A stretch of 64,000 nucleotides of DNA from Eledone cirrhosa (taxonomy: Eukaryota). Position 1 is the first letter of the stretch. Each line of letters opens with the position of its first letter. The position numbers and the translations under genes are program-made. The stretch spans positions 25,792,001-25,856,000 of the forward strand of contig OZ024751.1 in assembly GCA_964016885.1 (NCBI GenBank), given 5' to 3'. This document shows positions 15,125 to 29,406 of the stretch, one piece after another. The notes under the pieces were generated by a model. The model did no database searches and had not been told where the DNA came from. It worked only from the letters and a program-made list of their open reading frames with translations.

Positions 15125-15186
15125 TATTTGATCACATGAATGTCTATATTTATTAATATTTTGAAGTAATATATATATATATATAT

Positions 15187-15417
15187 AACGGCGATGAATT
15201 AGTTTTGCGAGGTTTTTGTACTATACGAACATGCCAGACAAAACACAACGGTAACATAGACAACATAGAAGTTAGAATAATATCTAAACATAGAAATGAC
15301 CCAGCAGATAGGCAAATCAGAGAGACCAGCGAAATAGAACTTAGAAGGCCAAGGCTAAACAGAAAAAATGAATGCAATAACAACACCCAAACAAACAACA
15401 CTGACCTAAGAGAAGTA

Positions 15418-15460
<43 letters not shown>

Positions 15461-15940
15461 ATACATACACAAGCACAATAACAACAAACACATATAAACA
15501 CACACTAGTAAACTAAGATAGAATACATTAACCAATACACAGTCACCCAAACAAGAACACACATCAAACAAAACAGTATACACACACGCAAACGCATGCG
15601 CAGAGAGGACACAAAAAAAATAAACAAATAAATAAATAAATAAACAGACTAAATAAAGATGGCGTAAGCATACAATGCAACGGGAGGAAACATAATAGCA
15701 ACACTGACGATGTTGCAGATGTGCAACGAAAGAACTTTGTTAGACTATATATATGTGTTTGTGTCTATATTGTATCTGTATTTTTGACCGTTGGTCAGTC
15801 AATGGCAACATTGAGGACCGAATAAATTAAATTAACCGATATAAAAGACACAGAAGCGAAAACCAACCAAACAGTGAGTGTGTTCTGTTATTAATTCTGG
15901 CAATATTATTACACAAATATGACCCTTCCCAAGTATAACA
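15187..15940 (+). mobile_element. 3' end of a Penelope-like element: GIY-YIG C-terminus, 3' UTR and pLTR with hammerhead
   Basis: ORF 15205-15420 contains H...IEVRIISKHRNDPADRQIRE..EI..RRPRLNRKNE, a PLE endonuclease C-terminal pattern. Same-strand hammerhead at 15700-15741. Homologous pLTR copies at 44211-44510 (-) and 48875-48988. Confidence 0.75.
15700..15741 (+). ncRNA. Minimal type I hammerhead in PLE pLTR
   Basis: AACA CTGACGA t GTTGCA gatg TGCAAC GAAAGAACTT|TGTT. Confidence 0.75.
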
Positions 15941-15957
15941 TTATCTATATATATATA

Positions 15958-16206
15958 TAGGACCCCGACGGCTGAGCTCAAGCCGTTTCGACGGCTAATT
16001 CTGGACTACATGAAAATGTTTATCCTGGTAAAAAAAAATGTTCATCCTGGTAAAAAAATGTTCATTTAGTCCAGAATTAGCCGTCGAAACGGCTTGAGCT
16101 CAGCCGTCGGGGTCCTAGTCGTTCCTATTACCCACTCTACTACCCTAAGTATTGAGTACTTTGGTGCGTTATGGTCCATCTGGTTCCTTACCACATTTCC
16201 TTCGTT
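15958..16206. mobile_element. TA-flanked fold-back insert, same family as 49638
   Basis: Arms about 15958-16010 and 16067-16118, separated by a duplicated ATGTTyATCCTGGTAAAAAAA spacer. Confidence 0.7.
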
Positions 16207-16271
16207 ATATATATATATATAGTTCAAAAGGATAAATAAACAAACAAACGCATGAGTCAATAGTGTGTGAA

Positions 16272-16344
<73 letters not shown>

Positions 16345-16494
16345 ATATATATAGAGAGAGAGAGAGATAGATATATGTATGTATATATATCAGACGGCAA
16401 CTATTTCCGTCGTAGAACACCAGCGATTCAATTCGGATTTAGCTGTTGAAACGGCACGAGCTACCGTCAGGATTCCGAATTTTTCATATATATA

Positions 16495-16555
<61 letters not shown>

Positions 16556-17055
16556 CGTGGGTAATATCGGGGTGGGGGTCAACTCAGTTATAAAAGATAC
16601 TCGATACACTATTAGAGTTTAAGCATCAATATCTAATATACCGTAGAAATGGCTCCTACAAAACTAGAACTGTTTCGTTCGCATGAATAGATATATGTGC
16701 GGGCAAGTGTACAAATATTCACACACTCTCACAAATATATATATATATATATGATCAGCATCTCTGCGTTCTGAGATTAAATCCTACCGCGGCCCACTTT
16801 GCCTTTTTATATTTTTGGGGTCGATAAATAAAGTACGAATCTATTGCCGGTGCACCCCTGTCTCTTTCAAGCTGATACATTTTGGATGTTCTGCTAAAAA
16901 GAAAGGAGGCTGTGTTTTCTAGCAACTGCGTGAGAACCTAAATCCCGTACCACTGATGTACTACCAAGTCATACTTGCTTGCGAATGGCGACTGCAGTTT
17001 AGTTTTTTCACACAAAAAACACAAAGAAATACACGTACACATACACACACACACG

Positions 17056-17088
<33 letters not shown>

Positions 17089-17101
17089 GTATTATATATA
17101 T

Positions 17102-17132
<31 letters not shown>

Positions 17133-17151
17133 CATATATGTATGCATGTGA

Positions 17152-17187
<36 letters not shown>

Positions 17188-17539
17188 TTGTGTGTGTTTG
17201 TGTCAAGACTAAAACTGTAAACATCAGAGAAAACAGATATAGCGGTGTCTTCAAACAAAAAATACCTGGTGGCATTTATTCCGCCACAGTTGCACAGTCT
17301 CTACTTTGTTACATTCGACATCAGCAATGCAATGAACAAGTTAATGGATCGTTTGGAATAAATTAACGAAATAAAATACATGATATATAAGCACATTATG
17401 TCACCATATTGCTATTTTTCTGTTTGTGATTATATTTCTGAACTCCATGAATATTTGAATGGATTTTTAACTCATAATTATAAACATGACCGAATATATC
17501 TGATGTAAAAATGGCGTGTATGTATATATTGTATATATA

Positions 17540-17554
17540 TAGATAGATAGATAT

Positions 17555-17636
<82 letters not shown>

Positions 17637-17637
17637 T

Positions 17638-17679
<42 letters not shown>

Positions 17680-17680
17680 T
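17540..17680. repeat. (GATA)n microsatellite
   Basis: Seen directly. Confidence 0.98.
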
Positions 17681-17756
17681 TTATATATACAACTTCGGTT
17701 GTACTCATGATATACTTTTATATATATTTATATATATACATAATATATATATATAC

Positions 17757-17857
<101 letters not shown>

Positions 17858-18180
17858 CAGAATTATATACTTATACCTATAAATATACATACACATTCAT
17901 ATAAACATAAATACCTGCATGCGTGCATACATACACACATACATACATACACACATACACACATACATACATACACACATACATACATCCATACATATAT
18001 GTTAGATCAGTATTTAAAGCTAGTTACTATTACAGCTAGAATAACTGACACAATATTCCGTCACCACGTAATAATATAGGATTTTATTTATCTTTATATA
18101 AAGTGTATTTAAGCATTCTTAGTCGTGTTAAGTATTAAACATACAATTGTATGAAAAAACTTATGTTCCAATGTACGTTA

Positions 18181-18255
<75 letters not shown>

Positions 18256-18345
18256 AAGGTTAAACAAGGTTCAATGAATAAATCAAAGAATGAGTTTTAC
18301 AATAGATTGGAAGCACTCAACAGTAATGGTTTTCCGGAGTTATTA

Positions 18346-18673
18346 ATATTAATTCAAAATATTAACAAAAATAGACATTCGTGTGATCAAGTATATTTTA
18401 TTATACATATTTCAGAGGTACTGAGCTAACTTCAACAGTACGTCCTCATCAGATAAAATAAGATGATGCATGACATACCCTGACATAGTAGATGGTTAAG
18501 ATTCAGTCATGACTGAATCTTAACCATCTACTATGTCAGGGTATGTCATGCATCATCTTATTTTATCTGATGAGGACGTACTGTTGAAGTTAGCTCAGTA
18601 CCTCTGAAATATGTATAATAAAATATACTTGATCACACGAATGTCTATTTTTGTTAATATTTTGAATTAATAT
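18346..18673. repeat. Spacerless palindrome of about 328 bp (PLE pLTR fold-back)
   Basis: Centre ...CAGTCA|TGACTG... at 18509/18510; arms match by eye; the insert is bounded by (TA)n. Confidence 0.92.
18559..18625 (+). ncRNA. Minimal type I hammerhead ribozyme (mirror copy at 18394-18460, -)
   Basis: TATTTTAT CTGATGA GGA c GTACTG-loop-CAGTAC c TCT GAAATATGTATA|ATAAAATA: 8-bp stem I, canonical core, near-palindromic short stem III. Confidence 0.82.
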
Positions 18674-18730
18674 ATATATATATATATGCCCGTGTACCTT
18701 TGTGTATATAGTGCATAGACAGTTAGTTTT

Positions 18731-18790
<60 letters not shown>

Positions 18791-18897
18791 TTATATATAT
18801 ATCGAATTGCGATCTTCTAGATCCGCTATTGCTTGCAAGAAATAGTATTGCTACATACTAATTTATGAGTCAATATATTTATCTCTATACACGCAGA

Positions 18898-18944
<47 letters not shown>

Positions 18945-18947
<3 letters not shown>

Positions 18948-19068
18948 CACTGTTATCTTTTATACCATAAAATATACGAACGAAACTGTGTTAATATGTA
19001 TATATAAATATTATATAAGACATAATTATATCATTATGATATATGTATATTTATATCACATATAGATA

Positions 19069-19162
<94 letters not shown>

Positions 19163-19180
19163 TATATATATATTTATATT

Positions 19181-19233
<53 letters not shown>

Positions 19234-19365
19234 CACTGTTATCTTTTATACCAACAAATATACGAACGAAACTGTGTTAATATGTATATATAAATATTAT
19301 ATAAGACATAATTATATCATTATAATATATGTATATCTATATCACATATAGATATGTGTGTGTGT
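18945..19365. repeat. Direct duplication of about 130 bp of unique sequence between TA tracts
   Basis: TCGCACTGTTATCTTTTATACCA... at 18945 and 19231. Confidence 0.9.
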
Positions 19366-19689
19366 ATATATATATATATTTATATTTACATATATATATA
19401 TATATATAAAAATATATATATTTATATATATATATGTATATATATATGTGTGTGTGTGTGTGTATAAGAGAGAGATTATAATATTTACAGCGCTATTGCG
19501 TCGTAGCGACTTCCAATACATAACAAATAGACACACTATCTCTTATAGACACCAGCATATCAAAAAATTGCATTTTCTGAAAGCGCTATTGATTTTTATG
19601 CCTCTATATATATATGGCTATATTTCTGTGTATTTACTGATAGTATTTTAATATGTTACGTACCGGCATATATTAGAGTCACCAATATT

Positions 19690-20440
19690 TGAAAATGTTC
19701 CCTTTAGACATGTTTATGTATCAATTTTTGATGCTATTTGTCTTCCAAACATTTTACCTGTTAAATAGAAGGCCTATAGCGATATCAATATTTGAATAAC
19801 TTACTGTAGAACGAATCAATAATAGTGCGTTTGTAAATTTATACGTTATCACCTTCAATATATTGACATAGGATATTTGAAAAACCTCAAAATCCAAACA
19901 CGAAATCCTTACAAGGAGAAGTGTTTGTAATTCGCTCTTATCATTTTAGTGATTCTGGGTTTGTGTCAAACTTTTCAAATTGTAAATCATTCAAACGTCT
20001 CGATAAATCGTAAAATCTCTTAACTCTTGCTCTAGATGCTAAACTTATTATACATAGTTCCTCATTTTTAAAGATATTGCTTTCAAATATCATTTAGCCT
20101 AGGGATTAACGTACTTCACCGCATTTCAAGATACACAGATTGTTTCTCTTCAGTGATTACTGGTCATCCTATTTTCTAATCCTATTGGTGTTTTACTCTA
20201 ATTGTTGGATCGTCAGACAAGAGTATTGTAGGATAATTCTGAGAGTGTGCAGATGAGACTCCAGATAATAAAGCTCACCACTTAGCCATAATAAATATGG
20301 AACTAGCTGTTGCAACAGCAAGGTCTCAGGTGTCAGTTCCTGATTTTATACAATATAACCATACCCTACTACCTCAAGCATCGTGTACTCTCTGGTGTAA
20401 TGGTTTAAAAAGTTTCAAAATGATTCCATCCATATATATC
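19690..20440 (-). mobile_element. Possible decayed Gypsy pol remnant (RNase H to integrase)
   Basis: Broken frames give, in the expected order, KPL, YGYIVyKSG, DDPTI..G*P (GWP-like) and MFGRQIASKID. Confidence 0.3.
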
Positions 20441-23022
20441 CATACAGGAATACATAATTAAATGCATATTTTTACATATATCGAAACCGATATTAATGTA
20501 TGTATATATGATAGCTTTCAAATTTCAGCAGAAATTTCCTCAAAAATCTTCTTTACTATTTTTTTTCTCGAAACTTTTCCTCAAAACGTTTTCAATGGTT
20601 TTCAAATTGTTATCATTTTCTTTCAAAATTTTCAAAATTTTTGGCAAAATGTTTCAGATAATTTTTTTTAAATGTTTTGAAAATTTTGAAAAACCGGAAT
20701 TTTTTTCAACGCGCTGAGGCGTGTATGAGTATATTGTTTTATAGGCGAACACACAGGCACACTTACAAAAATACACACTCACAGACATACATTCATACTA
20801 ATACACATACATTCATACAAATACATACATACATTCACACAAACACATACATTTACACAAACACACATACACTCACACACGTGTGTAGTGAATGTTAGAG
20901 GCTGTTTTCTGTAGTTTGTTATTACCCCTTCCTTCCTCAATCATGTCTACTGTGGCTCCCTTCCTCAACCATCTCTAGTGTGTGACGTCATCACCCCTTC
21001 CTTCCTCAGTCATCGTGTGCGACGGAAGGACGGAAGTCGCTCAAATTTATATATAGATTTTGATGACATTTTTTGAAGAAAAACTTTTGAGAATATTTTG
21101 ATGAATGTTTTATTTTTCAAAAATCTTTACATGTTTCATGGGTAGCCTCGATATATTTTACTTCCCATACCCTGAACAATTGAAAATTTCCCCTATATTT
21201 TATAAAACATTTTCTTCAAATTATTTTCAAATATTTGCTTTAAAATCTTTTGTGAGATGTAACAGGTTTACTCAGAAACATTTCTCAAAACATTTGAAAA
21301 ATTTCTCAAAACATTCTAAAAAATTGTTCTCAACGTTTTCAAAGCGTTTCCCAAAAATCAATCAAAATTTTTCATATTCAATCAACTTGAAAACTTTATC
21401 AAAATATCGATCAGTTTTACTTTCACATGTCCTAAACAATCATTTTGTACCCTGGCCCCTCACCGTGGCCACCCTCACCGCTATGGCAGCACTGCTCCGC
21501 CACCACCGCTCCGCCACCATCAACACTTCATCCCTAATATCTCTTCTATTGTTACCTCCACGATGATCACCGGAAGAAATTTTAAGTTGTTTCTATTCAA
21601 AAGTAAATTTGAATAAAATAAAATATATCCAAAATCACCCTTCTTACCAAGCAAGCTTGGAGTTGCCGGTTTCGTCGTTGAAGACCCGACCATGCAAAGG
21701 TTGTACTGGGTTACATGTTGCCAGTATCGCTGAAGAGTGACCTAACATAATATATCTAATGTATTTTTGTTATGCAGACATACATATGTACATGCATACA
21801 CACACACACATACATTTATATATACATACATACATACATACATAAGTACGTACATACATAAATACATACATACATACATACATACATACATACATACATA
21901 CATACATACATACATACATACATACATACATACATACATACATGTACACATACTTTAAAAAAGCACAAAACTAAAAACATTTCGCATCTCTTCTATTTTG
22001 TTTTATATATTTCTTTTCTGAAACTCTATCGTCTCTGTAATCAGTCTGTTATATCTTACACCTTCTTCACATTTTAATTGAAGGGAAATGCTTCGGGTTA
22101 TATGAAGAAATATTTCCATGTTTTTGCTGTTTTGTTTTTCGAAGACATTTGATTAGATTTCTCAGATTTAATTTCTTTGTATTTCTCAAGCAAAAATATA
22201 TTAAAAGATTTCAAGATTTTCACCACTTACTTGTAAGATTTTAATTTATCTTAAGATTTGTAATCAATCGTTCGTTGTGATTAGAATCGCATTTCTTCAT
22301 AGTTTGAACAACCAATATCTTGCTGATTAAAACAATAAGATAATGGCAGTATAGAAGAAGAAGAAAGCATCTTTCTTTGTCAGTTAATGAGCCAAGGACG
22401 AGAGGAATATCTACGCATTAACTTATTAGCTCGATTTTCTAGACCTAGTAGCTATATCTACTCCAAAAGACACGTTCGATATTGTTGTTCTAAACACACC
22501 AAGAGCTATTACAACTATAAACAACAGCCACCACAAACAATGTATTAACTGCCAAGCTTCCCCGATGGCAGCAAAATCCTCTTAAAATCACACTTCTATA
22601 ATCTTGAAAAGATAACAAAAATACATTGGATATCTTAGCTAAAAAATTATCAAAATCTATCCCTTCTTTTAACAACAACCCTTACCAATAATGCAAAAAG
22701 GGGGAAGTTCTAGGTGACTCAACATGCTAGTAATGGTGGTTAAAATTTCCCAAGACGTTACACCTATGGTCTGGGTAATATAAATGACACACAGGATATT
22801 GTCTTTATAGACACAGTTATGGTTCTAGAGACGCCAGAAGCTTCTATCATATCGAGAATGAATCAATGGGTGATCGTTTACCTGGTTGCTAAGCGTGCTA
22901 GTAATAACAGTCATAATTATTTAAAGTTATAGCCTTAGTCTTCAAACATAAGGGACATATTGGATGTTGTAGTACTAAATACACCAAAGGGTAAATAACA
23001 AACAAAATATCACTCACACACC

Positions 23023-23056
<34 letters not shown>

Positions 23057-23069
23057 GTAATAATTTTTT

Positions 23070-23162
23070 TTTGTCTATTTTAGGCACAAGGCCAGCAATT
23101 ACCCACTACATTACTGGTACTTTATTTTATCGACCCCGTAAGGATGAAAGGCAAAGTTAACC
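23070..23162 (-). mobile_element. SINE family A 3' fragment
   Basis: Reverse complement of the core and tail. Confidence 0.8.
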
Positions 23163-23327
23163 CATGTCATTTTCGTTCAACTAATTTATTTACATTATTC
23201 TTAACTCCGAAGCCGAGAATCATTCGGTTTCTTAAATAGAATATTAGTCTACGACTTCATTTATACCATAAACGTGGTTTCGTCTTTGCGTGTAATTGTT
23301 CTCACGCACACATACATATATATATTT

Positions 23328-23429
<102 letters not shown>

Positions 23430-24082
23430 TTGATTGATTTCAATCCGTCTACGTTTATTTATGTTTACCCTGATCAATGCTTTCCTTTCATTCTCAACAG
23501 AGACTAACTTAGCAAACAGTCAAACAACAATATGGGACTCTGTATAACAATCTGAATTAAAGAAAAAAGTTTCAAGAGTGTTACCTGAGAATCTCATTAT
23601 CTCCCTTGGTGAAAACAGTCAAAAAATACCGAATAAAGGATTAAAAGGATATGAATTGTGGAACACATTTATTTTATTGTTTCTTTTGTTTCTTTTGTTT
23701 TATGTTATCCTGTATTCTTGTACAGATGTTCTCCGCTTGAAGGAATCTCGTGTAAGTTTATATATTTAAATGGGACATTGAAATATGAAACTATTAAACA
23801 ATGAAACATAAGCTCGGTTCGATGTTTATATCAATTTATCAGTTTTCCTCTATTGATTCTCAGATGGGACAGATTGAAATAAGAAACAGAATAGAACAAA
23901 ATGAAAATGTGAAACTGAAATGAGAGCTTAAGAGTTGAGGAATTATGAGAATGCGGCACTTTTAGAAGACTAAAACGACGACAACAGTTATAATGATAAT
24001 TATAATGGTCTCTGATTTAGGCACAACGCCAGCAATTGTTGATTAAATCGACCCCAGTGCGCTACTGGTACTTTATTTTATG

Positions 24083-24190
<108 letters not shown>

Positions 24191-25155
24191 GAAAAACAAC
24201 CTACACAAATACGTGACTGATAGTAAGGAGCCAATGCTCAGAACTGTACTGAAGGAGGGGACAATAGACCAGGAGATGTCCAAGGAGGAAATAACATCAA
24301 GGAGAAAGAGCAGCCTTCAGGAAAAATCCCTTCATAGTACCTTCTTTGAGAAAACTGAATTCAGAGATCCACAGACATGGAACTAGTTGAAAAGAGGAGA
24401 CCTTAAAAAGGCTACAGAAGGAATGTTAATGGCTGCGCAGGAGCAGGCCCTCAAAACGAAGTGGTTGAAACACCATATTTACAAGGAGGAGGCTAGCCCA
24501 CTGTGCAGGATCTGTGGAGAGAGAGAGGAGACTGTGGCTCACATTGTATCCGAGTGTAAACACCTATCCCAGACTCACTATAAGGGCTGGAGACATGATG
24601 TGATGGGCAGGGTGATCCACTGGCACCTATGCAAAGTAAACAATTTACCACATTCTGAGAAGTGGTATGAGCATAAGCCATAGTCGGTGATAGAAAACGA
24701 TCAGGTGAATGTGCTGTGGGATTTTAGGATATAGACGGACAAGAAACCGGAACACAATAGACCTGACCTGGTGGTTTTGGACAAGGAAAAAAGATCGTGC
24801 CTGATTGTGGATGTGGCCTGCCCATTCAACACGAGAGTGCAAGAGAAGGAGAGGGTTAAAATTAACCGATACCAGGACTTAAAGTGAGAGGTAAAAAGGA
24901 TTTGGAACTGCCATGAAGTCAAAGTGGTCCCGATTGTCATAGGCGCACTAGGTACTATCTCAAAAGGTTTCCAGGGATGGTTAAAGAAAATTGGCCCCGC
25001 CACGCTTTTTGGAACGCTTCAAAAGGCATGCTTGCTGGGAACAGCAAGAACCCTCCGATATGTCCTGAATATCTGAGGCTGGAGGTAGTGGCTTGATATT
25101 CATTTCAACAAACTTTCCAGTTAACTAACATCAATGACTGAGACTCAAAGAACAA
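24191..25155 (+). mobile_element. 3' part of an R4/Dong-clade non-LTR retrotransposon (CCHC knuckle + restriction-like endonuclease)
   Basis: One frame from 24192 to 25076 with four in-frame stops reads ...WN*LKRGDLKKATEGMLMAAQEQAL...CRICGEREETVAHIVSEC...RHD...WDF...NRPDLVV...IVDVACP...PIVIGALG...LQKACLLGTARTLRYVL*. Preceded by (TAA)n at 24083-24190 and followed by a short UTR and AATAATAATAA. Confidence 0.92.
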
Positions 25156-25183
25156 TAATAATAAATATAATATAATATAATAT

Positions 25184-25437
25184 AATTGTTTCTACATTTG
25201 GCACAAGGCCAGCAATTATCCAGTACATTACTGGTACTTTATTTTATCGACCCCGTAAGAATGAAAGGCAAAGTTAACCTTGAACTGAGAATGATAAGGG
25301 CCGTAACTCTATGCGTCAAAGCATGGCGTCCGGCCCTCTACCAATACTGCCAATCCACCGCTGTCTTCAGAAATAATTGTTTCTACTTTAGGCACAAGGC
25401 CAGCAATTATCCAGTGCATTACTGGTACTTTATTTTA
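25184..25437 (-). mobile_element. SINE family A copy plus a second partial tail
   Basis: Copy at 25184-25361, linker GCTGTCTTCAGAAATAAT, tail fragment at 25375-25437. Confidence 0.85.
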
Positions 25438-26779
25438 TATATATAATGTGTTGCCATTACACCAATGCCCCACCCATGCTTTCTTGCATTCCATTAGAGG
25501 CTATATAACCACATGTATATAAATATATATATAGACGCACACAAACACACACACACATATAAAAATATATATATATAAGTGTGTATATATATATAAGTGT
25601 ATATATATATATATATATACACACTTATATATATACACACTTATATATATATATTTTTATATATATATACGTATACATATACATGTATATAAATATATAT
25701 ATATATAAAATATTAAAAAAATAATGAATAAAACAAAGAAACAGTTCCTTATATTAAACAAAAAAAGTTCATTATTTAACGATCGTTTCTAGGACATATA
25801 TGTGTTAGAATTGGCATGCATATTCAAAAGATCTATGTACAAAATTATACAAACTATCAAGGAGAATATACATACCATCACATATATATGCTGTCTTCAG
25901 AAATATATATATATATATATATATAGTCAGTAAGGAATGGATATGTTTGCATGTGTCTAAGTGTTTGTTTGTGTGACTATGTTTGTATACATATATATAC
26001 AAGTAGAGTAATTTATTTTCTCTTTTAATTTCATAGGATGGAACATATTGAATTCATTCGAATATAGAATTATTGTTTGCACAAGTTCTCACATCCCCCA
26101 GTCACTCAATACCTCTATGGACAATCGTTTAATACAAAACACAGAGCACACACAAGAGAAAAGGGGAGAAAGCATAGAGAAAATCCACAAAGTGTGTAGA
26201 TAGAAACCAAATAAATTTAGTCTAAATCACTCCTACTTCTATAACAGGTTTTCGTTGCAAAACCTACGATATTATAGTAACTGGATACCGAAATTTCTGT
26301 TATGAAAGCAACGGGCGAAAGTTTAATGAATTTCCGTCATTTGATATCCGCCATGTTGAAAGGTTACACGGGTTGGTTATGTCAAGCAATGTTGTTATTC
26401 AACACTCCAGAAGATACCATATGAATGTAAAAAGTGTTATATCTTACGCCAGTCTTCTGCCAACGATATTGGATTGGGTCTAGTCGATCAGCGGAGAATG
26501 GATTTTACCATACCGGTTTCGTTCTCATTCAAATATCAGGTTGTCTATGTTGTTGTGTAAGTGAAAGTCTGGGTATGTACTGATATATACATACATACAT
26601 ACATATATACATACATACATACATACATACATACATACATACATACATACATACATGCATGCATACATACATACATGCATGCATACATACATACATACAT
26701 ACATACATACATACATGCATACATACATGCATACATACATACATGCATACATACATGCATACATGCATACATACATGCA

Positions 26780-27180
26780 TGGTGGCTGCCAACTCGTTTT
26801 CGAGTACGGCCACTACTTTATATCCATGTAGAAAAACCCCTACCGATGCGCTGAACGAGTGTGGCTTTTTAGTCCAGCCAGCGACTTGAACACTCTGGTA
26901 CAAACACTACACTTGTGACAATTATTGACACATAATGCTGGGCCCATGGTACCATGTGACGACAAGTGCAGAGAGATCTCCAGATATAAATCAATGCCTG
27001 TGCCGTGAAGCTTTTATAGTGAGCAAAGGCACTGCACAAAGCCAGTCCCACTCTCTTAACCAAGATGATGTTTACCAAAAAGAAGAACAAGTCAACATCA
27101 TTGGATACCATCAGGGTTGCAGGTGTTATATCAGAGTTTTCCTTCTCCTAGAATTCTGCCTTGACAAAGGCTAAGGGGTC
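26780..27180 (-). mobile_element. Family C copy, 5'-truncated
   Basis: The near-identical ORF-track translations at 26869-27174 and 51656-51961 show the homology. Confidence 0.75.
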
Positions 27181-27232
27181 ATCTCTATACATGCATACAT
27201 ACATACATGCATGCATGCATACCCATATACAC

Positions 27233-27317
<85 letters not shown>

Positions 27318-27324
<7 letters not shown>

Positions 27325-27697
27325 ATATTTTGGGAGGGTCATGTTGCCAATAAAACCACACACACACCTTTTGGTTTTCACTTCAATTTATTATAAATTT
27401 CCGGTTGGTTGGTTCGATAACCAGAAGGTTGATTATATATTGTTAAAGCTCTTTCGTCACACATTATGCAACCTCCATAGTGACTAGGTTTTTATTTTTG
27501 TGTGTATCCCCTTTGTTCTGTCCAACACCATCTTGATTTTGTGAGTTCACAGAATATGTGAGGAAAGATCTTTGACAATATATAAACAACCTTCCAGTTA
27601 TCGAACCAACCAACCGGAAATTTATAATAAATTGAAGTGATAACCAACAGGTATGTGTGTGTTTTTATTGGCAGCATGGCCCTCCAAAATTATAACT
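27318..27697. mobile_element. TA-flanked inverted-repeat insert (MITE-like or PLE fold-back)
   Basis: Diverged inverted arms of about 150 bp. The terminus TTATATTTTGGGAGGGTCAT matches the pLTR termini at 44211 and 48937. Confidence 0.65.
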
Positions 27698-27845
27698 ATA
27701 TATATATATACTACTACTATTCTATCAACTTGACCACTTACTACTTTTCTATTGGTCAATTCAAAACATGTTCCCAAACAGACCTATTATAATAAATCTT
27801 TGTTGTTTTTTTTTCAATAAACAAATATCATTATTTCTGAAGACA

Positions 27846-28034
27846 GCGGTGGATTGGCAGTATCGGTAGAGGGTTGGACGCCATGCTTTGACGCATAGAG
27901 TTACGGCCCTTATCATTCTGAGTTCAAATCCCGCCGAGTTTAACTTTGCCTTTCATCCTTACGGGGTCGATAAAATAAAGTACCAGTTATGTACTGGGTA
28001 ATTGCTGGCCTTGTGCCAAAAGTAGAAACAATTA
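27846..28034 (+). mobile_element. SINE family A, full length
   Basis: TSD ATTATTTCT(G/A)AAGACAGC. Confidence 0.9.
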
Positions 28035-28291
28035 TTTCTAAAGACAGCATATATATGTGTAGGTATGTATATTTCCTCTGATAGTTTGTAAAATGTTTAC
28101 ACAGATCTATAAGATATACATACCAACACACACATATATATATCCTAGAAACGATCGTAAAATGGTGAATTTTTTAATATAAGGAACTGTTTCTTTGTTT
28201 TTATTCATTGTTTTTATTAATATATATCTATATATATATATATATATAGCCATATATGTCTATATCTATATTTATGCCTATACATCCATAA

Positions 28292-28345
<54 letters not shown>

Positions 28346-28446
28346 ATACATATTCAAAAAATACGTGGGTGAGAACACGAAAGACACAAACACAAGGATA
28401 ATTCCCACTAATAAGCTGTCTTCTGTGGATCATTATCATTTCGAAC

Positions 28447-28478
<32 letters not shown>

Positions 28479-29406
28479 CCTACGATATTATATAATATAT
28501 ACATATTTATATGTGTGTGTGTGAGTGTGTATGTATATATGTGTGTGTGTGTGTATGTATATATATATGTGTGTGTGTGTGTGTAGTCAACTATATGTTT
28601 CCAAGTCATGATCCACCTGTCATCTATCAAGCATTGCATATCTAGCTTTACACTATCCAATGTGTCACTCACTTCTAAAGACGGTAGACTGTAATTTAAG
28701 GGAAAATTGACTGCTGGTTCTAGCAGGTCGATTAACTATGTACAGACATCATCAATTGCATATCGAATATACGTCTAATCCTTACAAAAGTGCCACACTG
28801 AGTGAAAGGGTGCGTGTTAAATAGCAATGTCTTTCTGGTTTGTAAGATATTTATGACTTGTTTTCAACTCAATAATACCGATGCAATGTCATAGAATCAG
28901 ATTGTATATGCAGGATGAAAGACTTTGCTACTTGATAATATACATTGCCGCGTAAATCAATACACGATCAGTGAACTTAACAGTGAATAAGTTTGCTTTT
29001 TTAACACAATGATACAATTTTATATCGATCTAAGTGTTTGAACTTTATCACATGATTACAGCCAACCAAGTACAACAAAGCAATTTAACATCATCATTTA
29101 TGTTGCTAAACGCCTTTGAACAAACTAAATATTGCTCAAGTCATAACATTACATTTTCCCTTTCAAATGGATCTTTTGATTGATTGAAATTATTTCTGAT
29201 TAAGGCACAGGGCCAACAATTTAAGGGGAGTGGGAAGTCAATTAAATCGACCCAAGTGCATTCTCTTCGATGCTAAATTCCGCCAGTTGCAGATTGCGCG
29301 TCAACATGAGATAATTTTCTCCACAAAGTTCGATCACCAGCAGCAGAGTTTAAAGAGCAAAGATCAAGTCCAGTCCATAAGTTGACATTATCAAGCCTTG
29401 TATTAT

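Noticed and set aside
20300-21059. Non-autonomous Helitron (minus strand TCTATATATAAA start; CTAG near 20303)
   Set aside because: The termini are too generic in TA-rich DNA, the hairpin spacing is atypical, and there is no second copy in the window.
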